In this document: positions 36,765 through 45,866 of the stretch, one piece after another
How the letters are laid out: each line of letters starts with the position of its first letter
Position numbering within the stretch: position 1 is the first letter of the stretch
NCBI GenBank assembly: GCA_038063735.1
Contig: JBBTUN010000009.1
Location: 12,491-76,490, forward strand
From: Patescibacteria group bacterium
Lineage (GTDB): Bacteria; Patescibacteriota; Microgenomatia; Curtissbacterales; GWA2-41-24
Direction of reading: 5' to 3'
DNA: 64,000 bases
Translations under genes and position numbers: made by a program
The notes under the pieces: model-generated
Seen by the model: only the letters and a program-made list of their open reading frames with translations
The model's database searches: none
Told to the model about the DNA's origin: nothing

Positions 36765-38054
36765 TTACTTTGCCGGAGTAGTTTGATATTTTGCAAAAAC
36801 TTTGGCGATATTAGCGGCTGTAGTCTTTAGGGCTTCCGTTGCGGGGGTTCCCGCTATTGCACTGTTTATTGCGTCTTCGTAGGCCTTAATTATTTGATCG
36901 TTTAAGCCGTTATCGAATGTTCGGGACGCCATTGGGAATGATTGCATATATGGTGCATCTGTCATATAGGCACCGACATACGGGTCCGACGCCAGTTTGG
37001 CTGCAAGCGTAATTTTGGGATATGCCTCGCCAAAAATTCTGCCCGGCGTCTTTTGAGCTTCGGTGTAGAGTTTGACCATAGTTGAATCCTCCTGAAGATA
37101 TTTGACGAACTTCCATGCTTCTTCCTGGCTTGTTGATTTAGAAGATACGCCAAGCGCCCAATAGCTACCCCAGGTGATTTTGTTATTGTCTAGTTGCGGG
37201 ACAGGCGCGATTTTAAAGTTTAACGTAGGATTTGACGCTTTTATTTCTGCTGCTCTCCAACTTGGTGCAAAATACATTGCCAGATTGCCGCCGGTAAACG
37301 CAATCGTAGAGGCCGGTTGAGCCTCATCCCAAACGCGGTTTTCGCTTTTTGTAAATTTTGTGTAGTATTCCAGGGAGTCTGCCGATCTTTGATCTGTAGG
37401 ATTTTTGATATCGCCCCCATTTTGCAATATCATAAGCCCAAGGATGTCTGAGAAATGGTCTACATTCGATGCTGTACCTAGGGCAACACCACCGGTTCTA
37501 ATATTACCATCCGGCCCTTTGACGGTAAGTTTTGCAGCATCCTGGGAAAGCTCCTGCCAAGTGGCCGGTGGCTGCGATATGCCTGCTGCCTTAAAGATAT
37601 CTTCGTTCCAATAAAGGCCTAAGCCATCTATGCCGGTTGGCACACCAACAAATTTTTTACCGGAATTTCTAAGATCTGTAAAAACAACGGGGAAGTAATC
37701 TTTTTTAATATCGGCGGATGTAATTATTTTGGCTGGAATTTCTGACATTTCATTTTGCAGCATTGGCGTCCAGGTATTATGAAACACAAAGACGTCCGGT
37801 CCTTTGCCGGAATTTATTTGTTCTTGCAGGGACTCGCGATATTGCTGGCGGTTTCTCTTTTCGTAAACAATGTTTACATTAGGGTGGTCTTTTTTGTAAT
37901 CCGTAATAACTTGATTTACAACAGATGCAGATTCCCAAAGGCCCCAAAACTTTAATGTAACTTCTTTATTGCCTGCTCCCTGTGGCAGGAGTTTACAGGC
38001 ACTTAAGACAAACGAAGCTACCAATACTAGCAGTAGTTTGGGCAAAAAGTTCAT
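36765..38054 (-). CDS. Extracellular solute-binding lipoprotein (sugar SBP family 1)
   Basis: Lipobox LSAC; G.GPDVF, LYWN.D.F..AG...PP.TW.EL and AWKFVKYL motifs. Confidence 0.9.
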   Translation of the reverse strand: MNFLPKLLLVLVASFVLSACKLLPQGAGNKEVTLKFWGLWESASVVNQVITDYKKDHPNVNIVYEKRNRQQYRESLQEQINSGKGPDVFVFHNTWTPMLQNEMSEIPAKIITSADIKKDYFPVVFTDLRNSGKKFVGVPTGIDGLGLYWNEDIFKAAGISQPPATWQELSQDAAKLTVKGPDGNIRTGGVALGTASNVDHFSDILGLMILQNGGDIKNPTDQRSADSLEYYTKFTKSENRVWDEAQPASTIAFTGGNLAMYFAPSWRAAEIKASNPTLNFKIAPVPQLDNNKITWGSYWALGVSSKSTSQEEAWKFVKYLQEDSTMVKLYTEAQKTPGRIFGEAYPKITLAAKLASDPYVGAYMTDAPYMQSFPMASRTFDNGLNDQIIKAYEDAINSAIAGTPATEALKTTAANIAKVFAKYQTTPAK

Positions 38055-38119
38055 CACTTGAGTATGGTGATTTATACGCACAATTCTATGATATCATATG
38101 CTTAAAATAAGTATGAGAA

Positions 38120-39988
38120 ATGAAGGGTAATAAACACAAAAAGAAGCGTTTTTTGAAAGATCCCCGAGTATTGGTTGTTTCGGGCGGACTGTTTGTGGTG
38201 CTTGCCATTTTTCTAAGTTTTTTTGCATATGAAATTTATTTTTCCGACAAAGTTTACCCTAATGTTTACTTTGCAGGTGAAAAGGTTGGCGGGCTTACTA
38301 AGGCCGAGCTTGCGACTAGAGTAGAGGCAAGAATTAACAAAGTGCGGTCGGAGGAAATTGTTTTTAACTTGGACGGTAAAGAGATCAAGGCTAATTTAGA
38401 TGAGGTTGGTGTAGATTTTGACCCCAAAGCCACTATCGGGGAAATTTATGCTGTTGGAAGAACTCCTCAAAACGCACTGGGCGCACTTGCGCTAATTATT
38501 CATCCTGTTAATGTGAAGGCAGACCACGTTGTGAGTTTCGATAAATTGACTACTTTGACAAACAGATTGTTTACGCCTTACGAAAAACAGCCGCAAAATG
38601 CTGATATTGAATATGTAAACGGGAGTTTTGTCTTGGTAAAAGAGGAGGCAGGTAGACTTGTAGACCGGTCTTTATTGTATGGGGAACTTGCAAAAGATTT
38701 AGATACACTGGATTTTAGTCCGATAAATGCAGCGCTTGTGGATAAAACCCCGGACATTAAGCAAGCACAGTTAGAAAAGGCGTACGAGAACGTTCGGATA
38801 ATTGCCAAGGTTCAAATAACGTTGTCGCATGACTATGACAAATGGAGTCTGGGCGGAAAAACATTGTTGGATTTGCTTCGAATTTATCCTTATAACCAAA
38901 GTTCCGATAACGTTGCCCAGATTAGTTTAGGAAATGGAGACATAACTATCAAGAGAATTTACACCGGTGATTTTGCCGAGAATGATCTTGATATTAATTT
39001 GGATCAGGCAACAATAGACGCCTATCTTGCCGGTATTGCCAAGGTCATTGATAAGCCAACTCGCGATGCCACTTTAAGATTTGAAGGTGGCAAGGTTATC
39101 GAGTTTTCCAGTGCCCAGGATGGACAAGTTCTTGATCGTGACAAGATTAAAAAACTTATCCTGGACAGATTGTCTATAAATAATACAAATGGCGCTCAGA
39201 AGGTTGCTATTGAGCTGCCTGTAAAAGTTACAAAAGCCAAAATCGACAACGCAGAAGTAAATTCACTGGGAATTCACGAGCTCATTGGGTCTGGAGTATC
39301 TTATTTTAGCGGATCAATACCAAATAGGGTTTTTAATATTTCGCTCGGGTCCAGCTTAATAAATGGGGTTTTGGTAAAACCGGGTGAGACATTTTCTTTT
39401 ACCAACCTTGTCGGAGCGGTTTCGAAAGAGCAGGGTTTTAAACAGGCGTATGTAATTAATGCAGGCAGAACTGTACTTGACGACGGCGGAGGTATTTGCC
39501 AGGTTTCTACAACTGTATTTCGGGCAGCTTTAAACGCGGGACTTCCTATTGTAAAGAGAACGGCTCATGCTTACCGGGTTTCTTATTATGAGCAGCACGG
39601 CTTTAAGCCCGGCATGGATGCAACTATTTTTTCTCCAAATGTAGATTTTCAATTTAAGAATGACACCAGTCACCATGTTTTGGTTCAGACTACCGTTGAT
39701 AAAGCTAACTCCCGATTGCAAGTTGATATATACGGAACAGGTGACGGCCGAAAGGTTGAAATCAGTGATCCGGTTGTAAACAATATTGTACCTGCTCCGG
39801 AACCAAAGTACCAAGATGACCCAACCCTCCCTAAAGGAACAACAAAGCAGGTTGATTTTGCGGCAGCCGGTGCAACTGCCGTATTTGGCAGAAAAGTGTA
39901 TAAGGGTGGGCAATTGGTTATTGATGAAAAATTTAAATCAAATTTTAGGCCATGGCAAGCCGTGTTTTTAGTTGGTACGGCGGGATAG
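38120..39988 (+). CDS. VanW-family protein with peptidoglycan-binding repeats and a G5-like tail
   Basis: NR..NI, PGETFSF, GGGICQVSTT.FRAAL.AGLPI..R..H and D..F.ND motifs. Confidence 0.9.
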   Translation: MKGNKHKKKRFLKDPRVLVVSGGLFVVLAIFLSFFAYEIYFSDKVYPNVYFAGEKVGGLTKAELATRVEARINKVRSEEIVFNLDGKEIKANLDEVGVDFDPKATIGEIYAVGRTPQNALGALALIIHPVNVKADHVVSFDKLTTLTNRLFTPYEKQPQNADIEYVNGSFVLVKEEAGRLVDRSLLYGELAKDLDTLDFSPINAALVDKTPDIKQAQLEKAYENVRIIAKVQITLSHDYDKWSLGGKTLLDLLRIYPYNQSSDNVAQISLGNGDITIKRIYTGDFAENDLDINLDQATIDAYLAGIAKVIDKPTRDATLRFEGGKVIEFSSAQDGQVLDRDKIKKLILDRLSINNTNGAQKVAIELPVKVTKAKIDNAEVNSLGIHELIGSGVSYFSGSIPNRVFNISLGSSLINGVLVKPGETFSFTNLVGAVSKEQGFKQAYVINAGRTVLDDGGGICQVSTTVFRAALNAGLPIVKRTAHAYRVSYYEQHGFKPGMDATIFSPNVDFQFKNDTSHHVLVQTTVDKANSRLQVDIYGTGDGRKVEISDPVVNNIVPAPEPKYQDDPTLPKGTTKQVDFAAAGATAVFGRKVYKGGQLVIDEKFKSNFRPWQAVFLVGTAG

Positions 39989-40005
39989 AATGTTAGGATA
40001 GCGAC

Positions 40006-40515
40006 ATGAAAAAAGATTTAGCAATAATCGGAGGTTTGTTTGTAGTTATTATTGTCCTTGTAATTTTTGGGCAAGGTTTTACATCCGGTGGTTTTTTATC
40101 GAGCTCAGGTACGTCTGGGTCTGCAACTAAATCTGCGGTTTTATCCGGTCAAATACCAGTGGCAGTAAAAAGTTTAAACGCTTCGGCGACAGTTGCAACG
40201 ACCCCGGACCAAAGGAAAAAGGGCCTTGCAAACCTAGATTCGCTTCCACTTAATAGCGCAATGCTTTTTGTATTTGATCATAAAGACTCTTATGCTATTT
40301 GGATGAAAGATATGCGGTTTGCCATAGACATAATATGGATAGACGAAAATAAAAAAATAGTTGATATTGCCCAAAATGTTGCTCCGGAGCCCAAGAAAAA
40401 AGATCGCGAATTAACTGTTTACAGGCCTAAGGCAGACGCAAAGTATGTACTGGAAGTAAACGCCGGCCTGGCTTCTCTCAATGGACTAGTGCTGGGCGAC
40501 CCTGTACAATTTTAG
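40006..40515 (+). CDS. DUF192 family exported protein
   Basis: A.T...R.KGL, MLFVF, WMKDM.F.IDIIWID and YVLEVNAG. Confidence 0.9.
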   Translation: MKKDLAIIGGLFVVIIVLVIFGQGFTSGGFLSSSGTSGSATKSAVLSGQIPVAVKSLNASATVATTPDQRKKGLANLDSLPLNSAMLFVFDHKDSYAIWMKDMRFAIDIIWIDENKKIVDIAQNVAPEPKKKDRELTVYRPKADAKYVLEVNAGLASLNGLVLGDPVQF

Positions 40516-40518
40516 GCC

Positions 40519-41532
40519 ATGTTAACACTGGGCATTGAATCCACTTGCGATGAAACAGGCGTGGCGCTTGTTCGCGATGGGAAGATTATTGAGGTTAATA
40601 GACTCAGTTCTTCGGTTGACTTACAAAAAAAATTTGGCGGTGTAATACCGGAGGTTGCCGCGCGCGAGCAAGTTAAAGTAATAATCCCATTAATTTCGGA
40701 TGCTTTGTCCGGAATAAGCCTTAATGCTATTGATGCAATAGCAGTAAGCTTCGGGCCGGGCCTTGTTGGTTCGCTTTTAGTCGGTGTCGAAACGGCAAAA
40801 GCTCTTGCGTATACTTTAGGTAAACCTTTGATCGCTGTTAATCATTTGGAGGGGCATATATATGCAAATTGGTTGGAGTCAAATCCCAAATTTCCTTTAA
40901 TTGGGTTGATTGTTTCGGGGGGGCATACTGATTTGATTTTGATGCGAAGACAAGGTGATTTTAAATTGCTGGGTTCAACGCTTGATGACGCATGCGGCGA
41001 GGCATTTGATAAGGTGGCAAAATTTTTGGAGCTTGGATACCCGGGAGGGCCAGAGATCGAGGTGGAAGCTCAAAAATACAAAGTGCCAAATAGGAATGAT
41101 GAAGCCGAAAGTTTACTCAATCCGATGTTTCCAAGCCCGATGATAGGTAGCAGTAATTTTAATTTTTCTTTCTCTGGACTCAAGACGGCAGTGGTTAATT
41201 ATGTAAGCAAAAATAATATTCAGCTAGAAGCGAAGAATGTTTCCAGAATTGCTTATTATTTCCAGGATAGTGTTGTACGAGTGCTAGTCAATAAGACGTT
41301 AAAGGCGGCAAAAAAATATCGCGTGGAGTCTATAGTGGTGGGTGGAGGTGTTGCTGCTAACACCAGGTTGAGAGACGAACTTTTAAAAAAAGTTGATAGA
41401 GATTACAAGGTTTATTTTCCCGAGAAAAAGTTTAGCGTGGACAATGGAGCAATGATAGCGGCTGCAGCTTTTTACAAAAATATACCTGTTGATCCATTAA
41501 AACTTTTCGCTGACCCTAATCTTCACTTTTGA
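40519..41532 (+). CDS. tsaD: tRNA threonylcarbamoyltransferase TsaD
   Basis: GIESTCDET, NHLEGH, VSGGHT, DDACGEAFDK, FSFSGLKT and DNGAMI. Confidence 0.97.
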   Translation: MLTLGIESTCDETGVALVRDGKIIEVNRLSSSVDLQKKFGGVIPEVAAREQVKVIIPLISDALSGISLNAIDAIAVSFGPGLVGSLLVGVETAKALAYTLGKPLIAVNHLEGHIYANWLESNPKFPLIGLIVSGGHTDLILMRRQGDFKLLGSTLDDACGEAFDKVAKFLELGYPGGPEIEVEAQKYKVPNRNDEAESLLNPMFPSPMIGSSNFNFSFSGLKTAVVNYVSKNNIQLEAKNVSRIAYYFQDSVVRVLVNKTLKAAKKYRVESIVVGGGVAANTRLRDELLKKVDRDYKVYFPEKKFSVDNGAMIAAAAFYKNIPVDPLKLFADPNLHF

Positions 41533-41684
41533 AAAAATGCTTCGCTGATATATAATTTTTACAAATTAAAAGTAGTTGGATGTTGACGACATAAAGTTTT
41601 CAACATGACTCAGATTTTGGCAAAATGCTTTGCACGTGATAGGTCGGCACGTGAAACCATTGGTTATAAATGTAAGAAAATAAA

Positions 41685-43970
41685 ATGAGACAAAAAGACA
41701 TAGAGACAAAGACACAAATTAAAAATAGTTTTAAAGAGGAAAAAGAAATATACGCTTTTTGGGAAAAGGAAAAGTTTTTTTCATTCGACTCAAAAACTTC
41801 AAAAAATATTTATTCTCTTTTAATGCCCCCGCCCAACTTAACCGGTGAATTGCATTTGGGTCACGCCCTTCAGCACTGCATCATGGATGCTATTGCTAGA
41901 TATAAACGCCTCTCTGGTTTTGAGGTTTTACTTCTTCCTGGCGTGGACCATGCCGGCATCCAATTTGAAGGAACGCTAGACAAAAAACTTTCCAAAGAGG
42001 GCAAGACGAAGAAAAGTTTGGGCAGAGAAAAATGGTTAGAAGAAGCATGGAAATTTAAAGATGAAGTTTATAAATCTTTTCATGATACCTGGACATTATT
42101 TGGTATTTCTGCAGACTGGTCTCGTGAAGTTTTTACTTTGGATAATGGACCAAAAAAAGCTGTTTTTGAAGAATTTAAAACTTTTTGGGATAAAGGATTA
42201 ATTTATAAAGGGCCATACATTGTGCAGTGGTGTCCTAAGTGCAACACGGCAATTGAAGATGTGGAAATGGAATACCTGGAAAAACGCGAGACACTTTACT
42301 TCTTAAAATATGGCCCTTTGACATTGGCAACGGCAAGGCCCGAAACAAAGTTTGGAGACACTGCTATGGCGGTTAATCCCACGGACAAAAGGTATAAGGA
42401 CTTTATCGGAAAAGAATTTGAAATAGAAACACTAAACGGCAAAAAGATGATGATTGTTGTAGGGGATGATGCCGTTGATCCAAAATTTGGAACAGGAGTT
42501 ATCAAAGTAACCCCAGGGCATGATTTTACCGATTATGAAATTGGCAAGCGTCATAATTTGCCAATTATTCAGGTAATTAGTAAGGAGGGAAGACTCACGG
42601 AATTGGCCGGGAAATATGCCGGTATGAAAGTCTTGGAAGCAAGGGCAGTGATGATTCCCGATTTAAAAGCGAAAGGGATCTTAGTAAAGGAGGAGGAATA
42701 TATTCATAACGTCTCCGTTTGTGAAAGATGCAAAAGCGTCGTTGAGCCGTTAATTTCCGAGGAATGGTTTGTAAAAATGAAAGATATTGCAAAAGGCGGA
42801 ATTGCTGCGATTAACAAAGATCAGATAAAGTTCTTACCAAAAAATTATAAAGGGATTATTTTGGATTGGCTTGAGGAATTGCATGACTGGTGTATTTCCA
42901 GATCTCTTTGGTGGGGACATAGGATTCCTGTTTGGTATAAGAGAAGTGATAAGAGACAAGCGATAAGCAAAGCTTTTCTACGAATAAGTGATAAGCCAGA
43001 AAGGTCTGAAATGAGAGTTTCACTTGAGTCGCCCGGAAAAGGCTGGGTGCAGGATGAGCAGGTTTTGGATACTTGGTTTTCGTCGGGGTTGTGGCCATTA
43101 AGCACTCTGGGCTGGCCGAAGGTTACGGGTCCTGTCAGTGATTTCCCTCCCGTTAGTGCTCGTTCGAGTGAACAATCAAAAGGTAATCTAAAAGAAACTG
43201 TCGAACTGCGCGCTGACAGGAGCCTTTCCACCACTGCCACCCGTTCCCGGGATGGACTTTATGAGTCGGCCTTTCCGTGGGATTTTGAAATTAGCGCACC
43301 GGAAATTAAATACCTGTGGATTGCCAGGATGATTATGCTTTCAGTTTATTTCACCGACGAAATTCCTTTTAAAACGATGTTTTTCCACGGCATGTTAAGG
43401 GACTTGGAAGGGCGTAAATTTTCTAAATCTTTAGGAAATGGTATCGAACCGCAGTACTTGGTTGATAAGTGGGGCGTCGATGCCTCCCGGATGGCTTTAT
43501 ACACTTATTCGATTCCGGGAAGGGACGGCCGTGTTAACAAGGCAGTTCTGGATGAAAGGGGCAAAAACTTCAGGAATTTTGGAACTAAAATTAGAAACAT
43601 TGCACGGTTTGTGCTGGAGCTTAAGCGACAAGAGACAAGCAACAAGAGACAAGAGAAAAATGAATACAGTGATCAATGGATAGTGGAGGAATTGGATAAG
43701 ACTATAAAAAAAGTTACCAAGAATTTGGATAATTTAGAACTTCATTTGGCAGTGGAGGAATTGTACGAGTTTGTGTGGCATAAGTTTGCCGACAAATATA
43801 TTGAATCAGCAAAGGAAAGAAGAGGAGATGCGCAGCCAACTTTGGAAAATGTCCTGAAGCAGGTTTTGATTCTTCTGCATCCTTTCATGCCGTTTTTGAC
43901 TGAGGAAGTTTATCAGATGTTTGATGTAAAAAAGAAATCGATAATGTTGGAAGAATGGCCTTCTGTCTAA
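41685..43970 (+). CDS. valS: Valine--tRNA ligase (no C-terminal coiled coil; carries in-frame insertions)
   Basis: PPPNLTGELHLGH, GTG.IKVTPGHD, DWCISR.LWWGHRIP, LDTWFSS and KFSKS. Confidence 0.96.
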   Translation: MRQKDIETKTQIKNSFKEEKEIYAFWEKEKFFSFDSKTSKNIYSLLMPPPNLTGELHLGHALQHCIMDAIARYKRLSGFEVLLLPGVDHAGIQFEGTLDKKLSKEGKTKKSLGREKWLEEAWKFKDEVYKSFHDTWTLFGISADWSREVFTLDNGPKKAVFEEFKTFWDKGLIYKGPYIVQWCPKCNTAIEDVEMEYLEKRETLYFLKYGPLTLATARPETKFGDTAMAVNPTDKRYKDFIGKEFEIETLNGKKMMIVVGDDAVDPKFGTGVIKVTPGHDFTDYEIGKRHNLPIIQVISKEGRLTELAGKYAGMKVLEARAVMIPDLKAKGILVKEEEYIHNVSVCERCKSVVEPLISEEWFVKMKDIAKGGIAAINKDQIKFLPKNYKGIILDWLEELHDWCISRSLWWGHRIPVWYKRSDKRQAISKAFLRISDKPERSEMRVSLESPGKGWVQDEQVLDTWFSSGLWPLSTLGWPKVTGPVSDFPPVSARSSEQSKGNLKETVELRADRSLSTTATRSRDGLYESAFPWDFEISAPEIKYLWIARMIMLSVYFTDEIPFKTMFFHGMLRDLEGRKFSKSLGNGIEPQYLVDKWGVDASRMALYTYSIPGRDGRVNKAVLDERGKNFRNFGTKIRNIARFVLELKRQETSNKRQEKNEYSDQWIVEELDKTIKKVTKNLDNLELHLAVEELYEFVWHKFADKYIESAKERRGDAQPTLENVLKQVLILLHPFMPFLTEEVYQMFDVKKKSIMLEEWPSV
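43126..43243. repeat. 118-nt structured dispersed element, copy A (in-frame in valS)
   Basis: Aligns end to end with 55464-55581; long imperfect hairpin with compensatory changes. Confidence 0.9.
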
Positions 43971-44068
43971 TTTTTAATTTTAAGTTTTAAATTTTTATTG
44001 AATTATTAATGTTTAAATTATTTAAAATTTTAATTTGATTGAAAATTATAAATTAAGAATTTAAAATT
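43969..44068. repeat. AT-rich degenerate heptamer inverted element between convergent valS and rplY
   Basis: T-rich AATTTTT-like units followed by A-rich AAAATT-like units; similar to 25875-25938. Confidence 0.7.
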
Positions 44069-44154
44069 AAATAGTAATTCCCGCAAAATTCTTGCAGTAA
44101 TTACCGCATCTATTTAAGTATCAAATGTGTCAAAAGTATCTAGAGTATCAAAGG

Positions 44155-44871
44155 TTATTCTGATTTTTCTTCTTGGGGCTTTTCGGAAGTTTCGGCACCT
44201 TCGGCTGATGCTTCGCCTTCGGCTGCACCCTCTGCACCTTCAGCTGGGGCTTCTACGGCGACAGCTTCGGCCTGTTCTGCTTCGACTTCGGCTTCTAATT
44301 CTTCCATTTCTTTGGTGACAAGTTCTCCAATTTGGGCAACAACAAGTTCTTCGTCTGTGAGAACTTCGATTTTGGATCTGTCAACTTTTAAGTCTTTAAC
44401 TTTTATTTCATCATCAATATTTAAAAGATTTGTAATATCGACTTCGATGTTTTCCGGCAGGTCTCCAGGGAGAGCTTCTACTTCTACTTCTGTAATGGGG
44501 GTTAGCAAAAGGCCGATTTTCTTTTCGACTGCGGGGGACTCGCCAATAATTTCTATGGGTACGTTAACTTTGACTTTCTCGGAAAGATTTACCTGGTAAA
44601 AGTCGATGTGCACGAGATCGTCGGTTATTGGGTTAAGTTGCGTGTCTCTAACCATTACCGGTTTTTTAACGCCATCTATAGTTAGCGCAATTATCCCGGT
44701 TTCCCCGACCTTTTCGAAAACTTTTGCAAAGTCATGGGCATTAACCTGGACATGGTCTGTTTCTACTTTATGGCCAAAAACGTGCGCAGGGAGAATCCCT
44801 TCTCTTCGAAGTTGTTTGACTTTTTTCCCAAGTATTGTTCGCTTTTGGGCAACTAATGGCGTCTGTTCCAT
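44155..44871 (-). CDS. rplY: 50S ribosomal protein L25/Ctc (long form)
   Basis: R...GK....LRREG.LPA.VFG, HIDFY and V.VPI...GE; acidic Ala/Glu tail. Confidence 0.96.
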   Translation of the reverse strand: MEQTPLVAQKRTILGKKVKQLRREGILPAHVFGHKVETDHVQVNAHDFAKVFEKVGETGIIALTIDGVKKPVMVRDTQLNPITDDLVHIDFYQVNLSEKVKVNVPIEIIGESPAVEKKIGLLLTPITEVEVEALPGDLPENIEVDITNLLNIDDEIKVKDLKVDRSKIEVLTDEELVVAQIGELVTKEMEELEAEVEAEQAEAVAVEAPAEGAEGAAEGEASAEGAETSEKPQEEKSE

Positions 44872-45019
44872 GCTTTTACTTTAAGGACAAACCTAAAACG
44901 GTTTTTCCTTAATATTCCTTTTCCCTTTGTTGAATAATTTAAACTAGCAAAAGCTAGATTTAAATTAGAATTAAAGGAGTTGACAAGAGATGATACCAAA
45001 TATTCATTTGAAAGGTCAA
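44872..45019 (-). promoter_or_regulatory. rplY promoter and two-hairpin 5' leader
   Basis: TTGACC-18 bp-TATCAT (extended TG); hairpins at 44924-44977 and 44881-44912. Confidence 0.55.
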
Positions 45020-45079
45020 ACTATAGGGGCCCACCCTTGTAATTTTGGCTGGCGTTTATATATAGTGAAGTAAGAGTAG

Positions 45080-45445
45080 ATGCAAGAGCCACTTTCGGTA
45101 AAAACTCAAATAGAAAAAGACGTTTTGGCGCGAATACTTTTGGGGCTTCACAATTTTACAATGACTGTAGAAGCGGCCCGGGAAATTGCAAGAATGACTT
45201 TGGCGACAGTAGATAAAATCGTAAAACACGAGGAGACAGTGGTTGAATTTTATCGTGATTTGGCCAAAAAGCATAAATCTTTTGAGATCTTGTATACTAA
45301 GGTAAAAGGCGAGATTTTAAGAGGCCAGGAGATTACCGCTTACCGCGATGCGTTGAATTTGGTTAACGAGGGTAAGATAGAAGAGGCTAATAAAATCGCC
45401 CAAGGCGCACTAGATATAACTGCCAATGAAACAGCTGACGCTTGA
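45080..45445 (+). CDS. Hypothetical helical protein
   Basis: 121-aa ORF overlapping the next gene. Confidence 0.75.
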   Translation: MQEPLSVKTQIEKDVLARILLGLHNFTMTVEAAREIARMTLATVDKIVKHEETVVEFYRDLAKKHKSFEILYTKVKGEILRGQEITAYRDALNLVNEGKIEEANKIAQGALDITANETADA

Positions 45446-45866
45446 TACGATTATTGACGGACTAAGTGACGCGCCTATTTCTATTGGGGATAGGTTGACT
45501 ACTTTGGGAGTTGAGGAGAATACTCTTTCTACATTTTCCAAGGAACTTTTGGAAACTGTTGTTTATGGAAGCAGCTTTTTGAAGTTTTTACAGGAAAACA
45601 GAGACAAGCTTGGCATAAATGGGGAAATTCCGGCGGAAGCGTTGCCGGAGGATTTTAAAGACGCTTTTGAAGAGGGTGAGGCGACTTTAGAAAACAGACT
45701 CGTTGCTGCAGGCTTTCCTAAAGAAGACCTTTCTGCTATTTTTGGCGAGGATACCTTACAACTTTCTCTTTCTGCCCAAGAATTCACCGCTTTTATAGAA
45801 AAGAACCCAGACAAATTTTTAGCAGGAATAAAAAACCTGGCAGGAGTGGGGGCTACCGATGCCTGA
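45426..45866 (+). CDS. Hypothetical acidic protein
   Basis: 146-aa ORF overlapping both neighbours. Confidence 0.75.
   Translation: MKQLTLDTIIDGLSDAPISIGDRLTTLGVEENTLSTFSKELLETVVYGSSFLKFLQENRDKLGINGEIPAEALPEDFKDAFEEGEATLENRLVAAGFPKEDLSAIFGEDTLQLSLSAQEFTAFIEKNPDKFLAGIKNLAGVGATDA

Noticed and set aside
41550-41684. T-box riboswitch before valS
   Set aside because: No GGTGGNACCGCG T-box sequence and no terminator.
43126-43243. valS insertion as an intein or group I/II intron
   Set aside because: No C/S...HN intein ends, far too short, and no recognisable intron core; kept as a structured repeat instead.
44190-44300. TTCGGC-rich repeats in the rplY 3' end
   Set aside because: Explained by the Ala/Glu-rich tail normal for long-form L25.
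44127-44318. 63-aa ORF beginning MSKVSRVSKV
   Set aside because: Arises from a 9-bp repeat and is antisense to rplY.
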